In this document: positions 9,494 through 26,938 of the stretch, in pieces
Layout of the letters: each line of letters opens with the position of its first letter
Numbering within the stretch: position 1 is the stretch's first letter
Notes under the pieces: generated by a model
The model's database searches: none
What the model saw: only the letters and a program-made list of their open reading frames with translations
What the model was told of the DNA's origin: nothing
DNA from: Ministeria vibrans ATCC 50519
Taxonomy: Eukaryota; Protista; Filasterea
Direction: 5' to 3'
Assembly: GCA_943704425.1 (NCBI GenBank)
Contig: CALSCP010001346.1
Span: 1 to 48,129 of the forward strand
Length of the DNA stretch: 48,129 nucleotides
Made by a program: the position numbers and the translations under genes

Positions 9494-11853
9494 TCAATCA
9501 AGCGCACAACTGTCACTGAGTGGCACGAAACTCACATCAAATGCTTCGTGTGAGCGTCGCACAAACTTGTGTAGCTTCTTAAACTCGGCCACATCCAATA
9601 CCTAAACAACAAACACACACACACACACACACACCCACGTAAATTCGACAACGGGTGATAAAGTCCAGCGGCAGTAATTAATATGAATACCTTTTTGTCG
9701 GCGACAAGGGCACGTGCGTTGACAACAAGACCGTCAGCGACAGTCGCGCTGGCCATGACGCGCCCACCCAGCTTATCGTTGTTGTTGACCATGATGGGCC
9801 ATTCGGGCGCAAGCGTCCACTGCATTTGGTAGTCGCGCAGGAACACGCGCAGCCACGTCTGCTCGAGCGCCATGGGCTGCTGGAAGGTAACGCTGCGCAG
9901 CTCGCGCAGGAGACGCTCGCGACGCACCAATGCGCCGTCAACGTTCATAAGATACGCATAGGGGATCATCTGGCGCACTGGGAGGTACGTAAAGAGGGAC
10001 TCGCCGCGCGCCAGAGACGGGTAGACCCAGCGCGAGTGCGGGACGGCCTTGCCCCAGTTGGAGACGCCCTTGCCCAGTCGGATTTGTGCACCGCCGAGCG
10101 ACGGGTCTGCGTGCAGTAAACACGTAAAGGCGGTCAGATCAAACGAGCGAATAAAAAGGATTTCGTCAACGACCAGCGAGACAAAGCCCGCTGTGCTCTG
10201 CGCAAGGACATCTTCCGTCAAAGTGTCGTGGAAGCCACCCGAATCGGACGGGCGTTGGCGCACAAAGCGCACACGCGTCGACGCGCTATCGCTGTGCACT
10301 GCGCGTCGACGTTTCCCGTTGTCGTCCTCAAAGCAGTGCTGTGCAAGTGTGTACCCCTCGTTAAGAATGGCCGGCTCTGCGTTGGCCGTGTAGATGACCC
10401 AGATGGTGTTGACGCCGCGCAGAAAGCGCAGTGCACTGTCGATAAAGGCAAACGTGTGTAGTGGACGATTGCGCGTGAAGAGCACAAAGTCAACGGAGGT
10501 CTCGTCGCGACCGGTGCACTCGCTGATGGTACGCACGAGCGCAGGGTCCGGCACGAGCGGAGGGGAGAGCGCACGAGCGCGCTCGGCCGCCGCACGTGGC
10601 TCGTTGCCGTAATGGTCGTCGGGCTGCGACTCTTGATTAAGCCGGATGCGCTCGATGCGCTGCACTTCGGCGGGCCATGTCGGTGCAAACAGATGGGATA
10701 CGTCTGCCTGGGACGGGTCGATGGGAGTGGGGATGGCAATGCGCGGCATTGGCGACGGAATGTCCTTGAGCGGCACTTTTGAGGTAATGGGATCCGCCAT
10801 AAGCGCCACTGGGTCGATGCGAAAATCTGCCTCGGAGCGCATGGGCTGCGACAGCTGTGAGGCGCCCGCAAGAACAGGACTGCCCATGCAGTGCGCCCGA
10901 AACACGCGACGCAAACTCTGCTGTGTGTCTGAAAGAGACGTGGGAATGGCGGATGCGTCGGGCGACGTCAAACGCGCCACGTTGATCATGACCGCGTCAA
11001 AAGGACGCGCCACGCGTCCAACGGAGGTGGCAATACGCTCGAGGTAGTCGGTGGGAGGTGCATCTGCATAGCCTGCGAGCCAGACGACAGGATGGCCAAG
11101 TGTGCTGACCGTGCGACGCAACACTCCATCCAGGGACTCGTCTTCAATGGCACCCGCGCGAATCACTTCCATGTGAAACGTAGACCCATCCGCACGCTTG
11201 ATGCCACTGGTTGCAGTCGCCACGGCTGTGTCCGACGCCGCTGTGCCCGTCGGCACTTCAACGAGTACAATGCGCACAAACGAGTGGGTGTAGGCCCCGC
11301 CGATTTTGCCGACGTCTCCAATGAGCACGAGTGTGTGGAATCCCGTCAATAGGGTCCACATCAAGCCCCAGAGTGCCGTAGAGCCCTACACAGAAGACGC
11401 TTGTTGGCTCCAAACGCAAAATCGCAATCGAAGACAACGGCACAACTTTACCTCGAGTCCACGACTGTATTTGCCAAGATCCGTGACTTTCCAGCGCCCT
11501 TGCGACGAAAGGATCGCCGCAACACACGCACGGACGTCCGCCTCGTCCGCTTGCTGACTCTTTTCCTGGCGTCGCTGCGCCACATTGGCTTTGACGGCTG
11601 CCAGTCCCTCCTGGAGCCGATGCTCCTGCTCGCGAGCCTCGTTCGCGCCGACCGTGCTGGCACCAGCATGCTCGACATGGTCGTCGGCGACAGCACGCCC
11701 GCCGCCAGACAAGGTGGATCGGTGAGTTGGCGGACGAGCCGGTCCTTCCGTTGCGCCATTCTCACCCGTTGCGACAGTGAGCCACAGCGCCATGTTTCCC
11801 GCCAGAAACACAACAAAGAACAGACCGGCCACTGCTTTGGCACGGATTCTCAT
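9494..11853 (-). CDS. Type II membrane protein with a C-terminal GT-A glycosyltransferase-like domain; 3 exons
   Basis: N-terminal signal anchor (AVAGLFFVVFLAGNMALWLTV) and stem region, then VDFVLFTRNRPLHTFAFIDS...WVIYTA...EGY...FVSLVVDEILF with a DxD-like VDE. The last exon is VLDVAEFKK...SCALD*. Confidence 0.65.
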
Positions 11854-12031
11854 TGAAGCAAATAAATGGATATTATATTAGAACTAAGAAGTGAATAAGA
11901 CAAAAACAATCGTAGAGAGTCAAGAGCTAAGAAAGAAGTGAATATTATACGCTCTCTAAAAATACACTATCAATACAGAGCAATCGCAACGCGCGATCAG
12001 TCTCCGCATCTTCTATGCACAGACAAGTCGG

Positions 12032-12717
12032 TCACTCCTTGCCACCGCCTCCCTTTGGCTTGCGTCCGCGCTTCTTGGGCGCCGCATCGTCATTCCTTTC
12101 GGCACTCTCCGTCATGGCTTTTGCCTTGCGCTTCAACACTTGCTTGAGCGGTGCGTTGGCGGGTATGGTCGAGACAGGCGTCTCGGTGGGTCGGCTCTTG
12201 TCAAGCGGTTCAAACGAAAAGTCGGTCAGCTCAATGGTGTGCGTGAGGCGCTCCAACAGAAACTCCTACGCAGAGCACAAACGGGCGTGTCAGAGTCGAG
12301 CAGCGCTGTCTTCCGTCTGCCTGCTCTCCAATCCAACACGTACGCCGCTCTTTGAGTCGTAGACAAGCACGCAGTCGTTGCCGTCCTTGGCCTCGCTTCG
12401 GTGCCCTGCAAACGTCACAGTGTTGCCCTGAAACGGTCGCGGCGGTTGAGCAAATGACACCAACACCTGTCTGCGTCGTACCGAGGTTGTCTCGACCACG
12501 CTGATGGTCCCGTCGCCCTTCACACTGAGCGCCCCATTGAGCTTGGCCACAGACTTGGGTCGAGAGCGCACTGCACACACGAACAGGACAGGAGGGAGAT
12601 GAGAGAGGAACGATGTGTGAATCAAGACGAACATTTCACGGCACACATCTTGCGCGACTGTGATTTCCCGGCCAACGTTCCCCCTAGACGAACCACATGT
12701 GGCTCACTTCGGTCCAT
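12032..12717 (-). CDS. ELL-associated factor (EAF)-domain protein, 3 exons
   Basis: HVVRLGGTL...KLRSRPKSV...VTFAGHRSEAKDGNDCVLVYDSKSG|EFLLERLTHTIEL matches the EAF N-terminal domain; it has a basic tail PKKRGRKPK. Confidence 0.75.
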
Positions 12718-12739
12718 GGATCCGACAAGAACAAAATTG

Positions 12740-12868
12740 ACCAATGAATAATGATTAATCATTGCCTTCAATTTGACTTTTCGTCATCTTCGACCTCTGA
12801 AGTCGTTGAATTTTGATTTTTTATATTTTTCGAATCTCGCCAATCGTGTTTGTCTCGTCGCCGACCAA
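12740..12868 (+). promoter_or_regulatory. Three CCAAT boxes in the EAF/MSK bidirectional promoter
   Basis: GACCAATG (~12740), GCCAATC (~12840) and GACCAAT (~12863) lie within a 163-bp head-to-head spacer. Confidence 0.45.
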
Positions 12869-12880
12869 TATCACGTTTGC

Positions 12881-15746
<2,866 letters not shown>

Positions 15747-15880
15747 GTGACAATGCCCCAGATCGAGAGAGAGGCGTTATAGACCAGACTAGGGGGACAA
15801 TATTATTATTATTTTTATTATTAATTTTAATTGTTTTTTTTTTTTTTTTTTTTTTTTTTGCGCGCGCGCGTTCAACGTAC

Positions 15881-17642
15881 CACCAAAGTCTGGTGCGCCG
15901 TTTCCATGCGTCGCAGCTGCTGCTCTTTGTTCTATACGAAAACATTTAAAAAACGCGTGAAGCATCAAAAATAATACGCACCTGCTCATTGTAGTCGCGA
16001 ATCTCTTTGGAGATGCCATTAAGACGCGAGTTGTCATTCTTGAGTAGATTGACAAACTTGTTGCACTTATCATTGAAGTGATTCGTCTCCGATGCCTTCA
16101 CGTCACGCTGTCGACGCACGTCGCCCAGCCGATGCTCAATTGGTGCCACCTTGGCCATCTCCACTTCACTGTCATGGCGCAATGCCTCAATTCGCTGCTG
16201 TAAGGCCCCAGCATCACTGATCAGCACACGCAGCTGCTCAAGGTTCTTCTTGTGTGTGCCAAGTCTAAGAACAACAACAAAAAATAATATGCAATGAGAC
16301 GCGCCAACGTCTTGTAGGAAATGAAATAAAAGGGTCTGACTCTGCACGGTATTCTCGAAGTGTTCGCTCGGTCTCGCGCAGCTCCTTGTGCACCTTTGAA
16401 GTATGTCGGTGAATGTCGTCCTTTCTGGAAGAGCACAACGAAAGAGAAAAAAAAAAAATCAATGGTAAACATAAGGAAACACACAAAACCAAAACCAAAA
16501 CCGTCTTACTTCTTCTGAAGCTCGTCAATCTTCTCTTGGCATTCGTCCTTGCGACGATCGAGCTCAGGAACGGACTCGGTCCCACCAAGAGCTGAGTTGA
16601 GTTTGCGCTTCAGGGCGGCAATCTTGGGTGCAAGTTTCTCCATCTAAAATACATGCAACAGTATAAAAATTATTGTATATATTCTTTGTTTGAGGATTGT
16701 GGGTTTTGTACCTCGAGAGAACGACGACTCATTTCATCAGTGGGTGCCATGAGCTCTTGAAGAGCTTGGAGAGCATGTGACTCATTGTCGGCGCGCGTCT
16801 GCAAATCGACCAAGGAAGCCTCTTCGCTGCGGAGGGTCATCTCAAGCGCCTCACGCTGCTCCCTCTGATTCGGAATGATCTTCTCTTCGAGACGTTTGAG
16901 CTCGTTGAACGTCGGCATCAATGTTTTGAGCTTGCTCAGCTTCTCCTCAAGTTCCTACACAACAAAAATAAGGTCAAAATAGACTTTTTTGCCTTTTCTT
17001 ACTGAAATGCTGTCGCTGTACTCGCGTATCTTCTCCGGAATTCTGTTGATGTGACTTTGAATCACCTCACCAAAATTTTCCTAAGGTAAAAAAATTCATT
17101 AGATTGGTTTCTACTAATTTAACTTTTTCATTGTGCTACCATTGTGTGTTCCTGGTTGAAATTGCGCTCACAAAGCGGACAGTGTTTCTTCGCGTCGGCA
17201 GACTTGAGAAATCGGCTGTAAAGTTGAGAGGCGCCACCAAGAGCGGCTTTGTCTTCGCGCTTCCTCAGCAGTTCAGCCTACATACCACAGGAGCGGGAAA
17301 ATTGATCGTGTATAAATAGAATGAGCACGGTATCTCCAGCCTTACCGAAGTCTCTTCGATGACAGCTTCGATGTCTTTGTTCGCTGGCACATTGGCATCG
17401 AGTTTGGCACGCTTCATTGAGAGAGAGTAGACAAGAATTAAAAAAAAAGAACTCTTTAGTAGTCGACGTACGTGGTCTTCGGCCTTGTTGTTGGCAGCTG
17501 TCAGCTCGGCCGCGAGTTTGTTGAGCTCTTTCTTCATCCGCTCCGTTTCGGCGTGAGCTGCATGAAGTCTGCAAAAAAAAAAAAAGAGAAAACAGAAGGA
17601 AGTTACAAATCAATCACAAACGAAAAGCGACAACTTGTAGCT

Positions 17643-17724
<82 letters not shown>

Positions 17725-19010
17725 GTACTGTTAATTATTATTCTTATGTAATTCTATAAAAAATAACTGAATGAAAATGAATCAGGTGTGTTGTGGATAC
17801 TTTTGGTTGGCGGCTTGGACTTTTCTGTTTTGCTCTTGAGTTTTGGAACGCACTCGATTGGGCAGTCTAAAAAAAGAAGCAGTCATGAATGAAAATTAAT
17901 ATAATTATTATTACAATAAGAAAATAAAATAATTTATAGAGAATGCAAGACAATCATTAAAATAATAATAAATATTTCTCGTACTGGGTTGCGGGAGGAA
18001 CTGGCGTAAAATGCTCTTGAAGCTGCCTATCATGTTTGGCAAGGAGTTCATCAAAAGCCTCCTGGGCGCGACCATTCTCGTGTTCGAGCTTTTCCAGTTC
18101 ACGTTGAGTCGATTCCTAGTACATATTATAACCAAAATTGCAGTGAGTAAAATAACTGACACTGCAATGCCCACGTACGTATTCTCGTGACTCTTTAATC
18201 TTGTGAGTCAACTCGCTCTTCTCGTGGTGCAATCGACGCAGCTCAGACTCAGCACTGAAATGATTAATCATGTTAAGTAAACGTCTTAAAGATAATAATC
18301 ACATAACAATCACAAACTAAACAACAACATGAACAAGAAAATAAAAGTATCGTACTTGGACAGGTCGTCGCCGTTGGACAACTCGGCACTCTTAAGTTTG
18401 AGTTCATTCTCCTCCGCCTCCGACTTGGTGATAAATCCTTCGACATTCTGTGTACGAATGCAACACAAGGGCTATAAGATACACAGCAGCGTATTTATTG
18501 GAGATCGTACCTTGATGCGCTCTAGAAGCGTTGTTTCCGGGTCACTATTGTCCATCTTGTGGGTCATGTCCTAGAAAAAAATCAATAAAAATTAGAATTT
18601 TTCAAACATGAATATGCGCAAGAACCTTGTATTTTTGAGTGCTACTGTGCAACTCGGCTGAGATCTTGGAGACTGTGTCTTTGACCTGTCGAAGAGAGGT
18701 TTCCAGCGCAACAATGTCCATGTCCAGTGCAGACTCGGCCTCACGCATCACATTCAACTTGGTCGCCCAGGAGTCCTCCTCGCTGCGAATACGCTCGTCA
18801 ATTTGACTCTAAACATACAATCATAGAACGTTTAGGGGAATGCAATCCTGAGGAGAAAATGAAAGGAACTCTACTCCAAATATGCGAATCATGGTGTCGT
18901 TGTATGGTGGAGAGGAGAACCCTTCAATGGAATACTTGGTGGCGAGTGAGGTGACCATCTGGCGAAAAGAATACATTTATTAGGAATAAAGAAGAAAAAT
19001 AATTATTAAC

Positions 19011-19089
<79 letters not shown>

Positions 19090-21370
19090 TCTTAATTCAC
19101 TGGTCTTTCTTCCTACTTGATTGCGACTGTGCAATCGCTTCGACTGTTGCTCTGCCTCGCCGCGCAGTTGAGTGACTTCTTCAAATTTACCCTACAAACC
19201 CAATCTCAAAATTCCGGTCCAAGGCAAAGATAAAGAAAATGGCTACCTGTGCTTTGCGCTGGAGAGTGACCCGACGCGCCTTGGCATCTTCCAGTTCCTT
19301 CTGCAGACGCTCCTCTGAACGAGCCGCTTCTTCCAGCTAAGAAGAACAACAATTAAACAACAGTCGTTAGAAGAAAAGAATACCCAATCCTTTCTTACCA
19401 GCGTGTCGCACTGAGCCATGTCAGCCCGAAGTTGTTCGGCGTTCTCTGAACGAAGGTAAAAAAAAAAGAAGCTTTTGGACAAGGGTACATGGCGTTCGGT
19501 GTCTTACTGTTGCTGACCGAGTCCCCAAGACTCTGTTCGGAGTGCGCAATGTTGTTCTTCATGGCCTTGATTTCTCCCAAGAGTCCTTCCAGTTCGTTCC
19601 GCAGCTTAAAAAGAAAAGTAGAAAACGTGATGGTATGTTTCGCATGTTGAGGTTCAATATACCATTCGAGCTTTGTTCTGGATTGTATCAATTTCTTTGA
19701 TCTGTGCGCGAATAGGCGCACTTTTCTCTTCGAGAGCCTCCTCCTTTCCCATTTTCTCCCTGTTTAGTTGATTTTTTTTGTTGAAATCACGTCAGATATT
19801 CAGAGGAAACAACTATTTTGCCATACTCAATCTCCTCTTCAAGCGCGTTGATGCTCTGTTTGATTTCGTTCGCCTTTTTGGTCCACTCCATGCGATGGAC
19901 TTTGTCATTCTCCAACAACTTGAGTTCGTCTGCCTTCTCCTTCATCACATCCTTGATTCTATCGGCGGCCTTGTTGTAGCGTGTTGCCGCAAAGATGTCA
20001 TCAAACTTCTCTTTGAGTTTCTTGGGCTCGCTCAGGGGCCTAAAAACAAGATTCCATGACACCATTGATACTTTATCGTGTATGTGCAGTACCAGAGGGT
20101 GTCTTCTTGATGACAGAAAATGACATTTTCAATAATGGCACGCGAGACACCGAGCAAACGGAGCACTTGAGCGTCAATGTCAGCACAGCGTGTGCTCAAC
20201 TACAAACAAGAGTGACATGAGAAATATTCGCACTTGTTCTCCACTAGCACTCGTTCTGCCACAACTATTCGTTGCGTCACTCGCGCTCTCTCTATTTGTC
20301 TCTCTATCGCTTTGTCTCTCTCTGTCACTTTGTCTCTTCTATCACTTTGCCTCTCTATCATTTTGCCTCTCGATCACTTTGTCTCTCTCTCACTTTGTCT
20401 CTCCATCACTTCGTCTCTCTATCATTTTGCCTCTCTATCACGTTCTGTCACAACTACTTGTGGCGTCACTCGCGCTCTCTCTATTTGTCTCTCTATCGCT
20501 TTGTCTCTCTATCACTTTGTCTCTCTATCACTTTGTCTCTTTGTCTCTCTATCCCCTTTCTCCCTCAGTTGGTCTCCCTTGTTTACATCATGTGAAGTGC
20601 CGTCTGGGTGGGTGACGCGGAGAACGGCAGGAAGGCTCTTGACTGTTATGCTGGTTGGGGTCTGCGTGGCGCAGAGAGGTCGCGAAACGGTGACGACGCG
20701 ACCGTTGTCGCAACAAAATCGAAGTTTGACGTTCGCGCTCACGTCGGAACTACGAGCGACCTAATAAAAAAACAAACATAAAAACACGTTCTGGTCCTTT
20801 GTGCGTTACTTTGGGGTCCATGACAAAGGACGAAAGAGGGGCATTCGGAGGCTTGAGTCCGCCTGTCGCGTACCGCAGCGCTTCAATGATCGTCTACGAA
20901 GAGAGGAGCAAAAAAGATCGTGAAACGAAAACGAAGTTGACGCAACGGAAATTGAACAGCAACAAAAAGAAAACGCTCCTCGTTCAAAAGAGGTCATGCA
21001 AAGGCACTATAAAAAGTACGTGTTATGCGGGCGCGTATGCGTGGAGAATATAAACGAGTTGCATTTTTCGATTCGCTTCGCGTTTCAATCGAGTTTTTTT
21101 GACGCGCGAAACTTAAAAACGTTTTAGGAGGAGAAAAAGCAACGCTGAACGAAGACACGTCATGCGCCCCGTTGGTGTATTATGCGGTCCCAGTGTGTGT
21201 CAGGTCGAGACAGTGCGCCAGAGAGACAGGGAACAGTGGCCCCGTACCGTTTTTCCTGCACCGTTGTGACCCTGAATGATCGTGAGCGGATCGAAGAACC
21301 GGATCGTCTCAAAACCATCTGGCTTAAACGAGCGAATGCCACAAATGGCCAGCTTATCAAGAGTTGACAT
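15881..21370 (-). CDS. RAD50: DNA repair protein RAD50, many exons, C-terminal ATPase half missing
   Basis: MSTLDKLAICGIRSF...LTIIQGHNGAGKT|TIIEALRYA, ENVIFCHQEDTLW|PLSEPKKLKEKFDDIFAATRY, zinc hook HCPLCER (~17165-17185) and coiled coil. It ends at a GTACG donor (15880). Confidence 0.95.
17645..17722. repeat. (TAA)n microsatellite in a RAD50 intron
   Basis: Directly visible; similar tracts at ~19014-19089, ~33599-33657, ~38089-38145 and ~41930-42017. Confidence 0.95.
20251..20545. repeat. Duplicated ~70-bp unit plus TATCACTTTG minisatellite in a RAD50 intron
   Basis: CGTTCTGyCACAACTA...GCGTCACTCGCGCTCTCTCTATTTGTCTCTCTATCGCTTTG occurs at ~20252 and ~20441. Confidence 0.85.
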
Positions 21371-21724
21371 TGCGAAGAGACAAAAAAGTACAATTGAATT
21401 TGTGAGAATTGAGAATTTGAGATTTATTTTGAGAAAACGGAAACTGACGCTGTTCCCCGCCTGTCTGTAGCAGATTGATTAAAACTTCATATCAACCTAG
21501 CAAGTACTAAGTGGTAACTATAAACTATAAAGTATTATCAAAGGTGAGAATCAAAGGTGACATTTTATTTCAGGGATGACTCAACCAAAGTACCAAACTG
21601 CAAACAAAACAAACACTCTCTTTATTATTCTGAATACTTGCTGGCCGTTAAGGTGGTCTGAGCGGCAGCGCTATTTCTGTGTTTAAACTAGTTGAGCGAC
21701 GACTGCGTGTTTGTTTTGTAAAAC

Positions 21725-24700
21725 ATGGGAGTAAGAAAGAAAAATGTCCATTAGTGTCAACGTCTCACCTCTTCCGCTTCCTGTGTCTAAGAAACCGGCT
21801 GCAAACAGTAAAAAAGCAGACAATGTGAAGGTTGCTGTGCGATGTCGCCCCATGAACTCGACGGTAACGTTAACGCGCTCTTGTTTGTCGAGCACAGCAG
21901 TGCTTTTTGCCGTTTCCCTGGCAATCATTCAAACATTGCCTGCACTTTCTCTCACTCCCTCGAACATTCTCTTCTCGACTCACTCTCCTCATTCTACATA
22001 TTCTCAATTGACGCATGCATACGCATGTGTAGGAGAAATCCAACGGCAACAAAATGGCAGTGGTGGTGGACGAAAAGACCAGCACCATTTTAGTGCACAA
22101 CCCAAACGACCGCAACGAGCCCCCTCGAAAACATACCTATGAGTAAGTGATACCGTTTGAGCTCTGGAGTCCCCGACTTGAAACCTTTTGCCGACGCCTT
22201 AAGCTTTTGCTAACTTGAATCTTATACCTGGGTGTAGCAATGTGTATGGTCCAGATTCGATACAGGCAGACGTGTACAACTCGGCGGCGCGCGACATTGT
22301 CGACGGAGTACTTGCCGGCTACAATGGCACCGTGTTTGCCTATGGGCAGACGGGCACGGGAAAGACGTTCACAATGGAGGGTGATCGTAAGCGGCCCGAG
22401 ATGCGAGGCATCATTCCCAACTCGTTTGCGCACATTTTCGACCATGTCGCGCGTGCCGCCGGTACCAAACGATTTCTGGTGCGCGCCAGCTACTGCGAGC
22501 TGTATCAAGAGGAGGTGCGCGATTTGTTGGGCAAGGATGCCAAGGCAAAGCTCAAGTTGAAGGAGCGCACCGACAGTGGCGTCTACGTTGAGGGACTCTC
22601 GTCGTTTGTGGCTAAGTCGGCCGACGACCTGGACCAGTGGATGACCATTGGCAATCGCAATCGAAGTGTTGGCGCGACCGACATGAATTTACACTCTTCA
22701 CGATCTCATGCCATCTTCCAGATTAGCGTAGAGTGCGCCGAAATGGGAGTGGACGGAAACGAGCACATTCGCGCGGGGAAGCTGAATTTGGTGGATTTGG
22801 CGGGAAGTGAACGCCAGAGCAAGACGCACGCAACAGGCGATCGCTTCAAGGAGGCGACCAAAATCAACCTGTCGTTGAGCACGCTTGGAAATGTGATTAG
22901 CGCCCTTGTCGACGGTCGTTCACACATCCCCTACCGCGACAGTAAACTGACGCGACTTCTCGAAGACTCTCTCGGAGGCAATGCCAAGACGCTTATGATT
23001 GCCGCTGTGGGTCCGGCCGACTACAACACAGATGAGACGCTCAATACGCTGCGCTATGCGACACGAGCAAAGTCGATCAAGGTATAAATATTATCGTATT
23101 TATTTTGATGTTTAATTTTTTGGGGATCACAGTCGTGTTGCAGACTTGTTATCAACAACTTTTCACATATTCAAGTACGGCGATGCGTTTTAACATTGTA
23201 TTACACTGCATAGAATGCACCGCGAATCAATGAGGATCCAAAGGACGCTCTGTTGCGACAGTTCCAGGAGGAGATCAAACGACTGAAGGCTGAGCTGGAG
23301 GCGTCTGGGGGGGGCAGGGGAGACGGAAGTGGCGACGAGGACGAGGAGACCAGCGCTACCGGGGCGAGCTCAAGTGAGTATGAGACGAACGAGGAAGGAA
23401 ATCGGACGCGTAAGAAGAAGAAGAACTCACGTCGGGTGAAACGAGCGGTGTCGCCCGAGCGACTGGCGGCGATGCAAGCGAAGATTGAGGCGGAGAAGAT
23501 TCGGCTGAAGGCGGGAACGGATATTGCAGAGGGGGAGCGACAGAGGATTGCTGCGGAGCTCAGGCGACGACAGGAACAGGTATGAACTAATAATAATAAT
23601 AAGAAAAATAAATAGAGAATCAAGAGCTGTACTCAATGTCAAAACAATACCAATAACAATGATATCAAACAATATCAATAATAAAATATTATTATTATTA
23701 ATATTATTATTATTATTAGCAATTATTGGCAATAATCGTGTGTGAAAGCGTTGTTGTTGTTGTTATTTTTATTGCATGTTGTTGCTGTTTTAAGGTTGTT
23801 GTACATGTTGTTGTTTCAAGGTTGTAATTGATGTTGTTGTTTTAGGTTGCAGCGGCGACCAAGGAGCGTGAGGAAGTAGCGGCACGTCTGCAAAAGATGG
23901 AAGAGAATCTGTTGGTGGGGGGAGTGAACTTGCTGGACAAGGCGGAGGAGCAGGCGCGGCTGTTGGACGAGAGCAATGCGCGGTTTCGCGAGCAAAAGGA
24001 GCGCGAGGCGGCGCTTCATTCGGAGATTAGTGCTCATGAGGAGCAGCGAATTGACTTGGAGGAGGTGTATGCGTCGCTGCAGGAGGAGGCAAAGGGCAAG
24101 GAGCGCAAGCTGAAGAAGGTCTGGACCATGTTTGTGGGCGCCAAACAGGAGATTAGTGAGATGCAGCAGGAGATGCAGCAGGAACAGGAGGCCATGCTGG
24201 CTCACATTCACGATCTCACCAAGGAGCTTCGTCTCAAGATGCTGCTCATCGACCAGTTTGTGCCCACTGAGTTTCAAGAAGTTGTATGTCATTCAAAACT
24301 CAGACGTCACATCGAAGTTGATTGATGGAATATTCTTTCTTGTAGATTGAGTCGTATGCAACTTGGAGTGATGACATTGACGAGTGGAGTCTGCAACACA
24401 TTGCGCATGCTGGAAACAACGTTCCCAAACCGGGCGATGAGGTAAGGATCCGGATTGGAATCGAGCTTTGGTATAATTTTGTTCTGACTCTCTTCACGTT
24501 CTAATATTCACGTATGAAAACTAGGGTGTTGACCCCAATAAGATTGTCACAATGTATGAGAATGTGTATCTCTCATACGAACAGTTTGTTGCTCCACCAG
24601 TTAACACAAAGGTAAAGAAGAAGAAAAACAAAAGGAAAAGTGATCAACAAGTGATGTATTATATTGAATAGTAATAATGAGTAATATTATCACTATGAGG

Positions 24701-24851
24701 GGTCAACTAAATGTGTATATCTTGTGTGTAGGAGAAAAGGGGAGGACAGTCGAGTCGGAGACGTCCAATGGAAAGGGCCGAGCGTGATCGACGTCCGAAG
24801 GAAGACTTTCCAATCGCAAGGGGACTTGTGAAGACGAAAAAGAAGAAGTGA
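21725..24851 (+). CDS. KIF3A: Kinesin-2 motor subunit (KIF3A-like, intraflagellar transport)
   Basis: [91 protein letters not shown] and tail FPIARGLV. Confidence 0.9.
21912..21925. promoter_or_regulatory. RFX X-box-like element GTTTCCCTGGCAAT in KIF3A intron 2
   Basis: Near-match to the X-box palindrome GTTNCCATGGNAAC, within 200 bp of the start of a ciliary gene. Confidence 0.45.
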
Positions 24852-24924
24852 AAAATATAGTGGTCGTTTGTTGAATACACTCGATTACTACTAACTTGAA
24901 TCTCTAGTAATTTTTTTCCTAATT

Positions 24925-26833
<1,909 letters not shown>

Positions 26834-26938
26834 AGAAAGTGAATTGTATATTACTTTTATTTTGCGTTTTCTGCAACTCGCGGCGTGACGAGTCCTCGAG
26901 CTCGACAGAATCACAAGGTGTACACTACTGTCACGATT

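Noticed and set aside
12467-12481. 15-nt GT...AG segment in EAF as a micro-intron
   Set aside because: It is in frame, far shorter than the other introns here, and reads as normal coding sequence.
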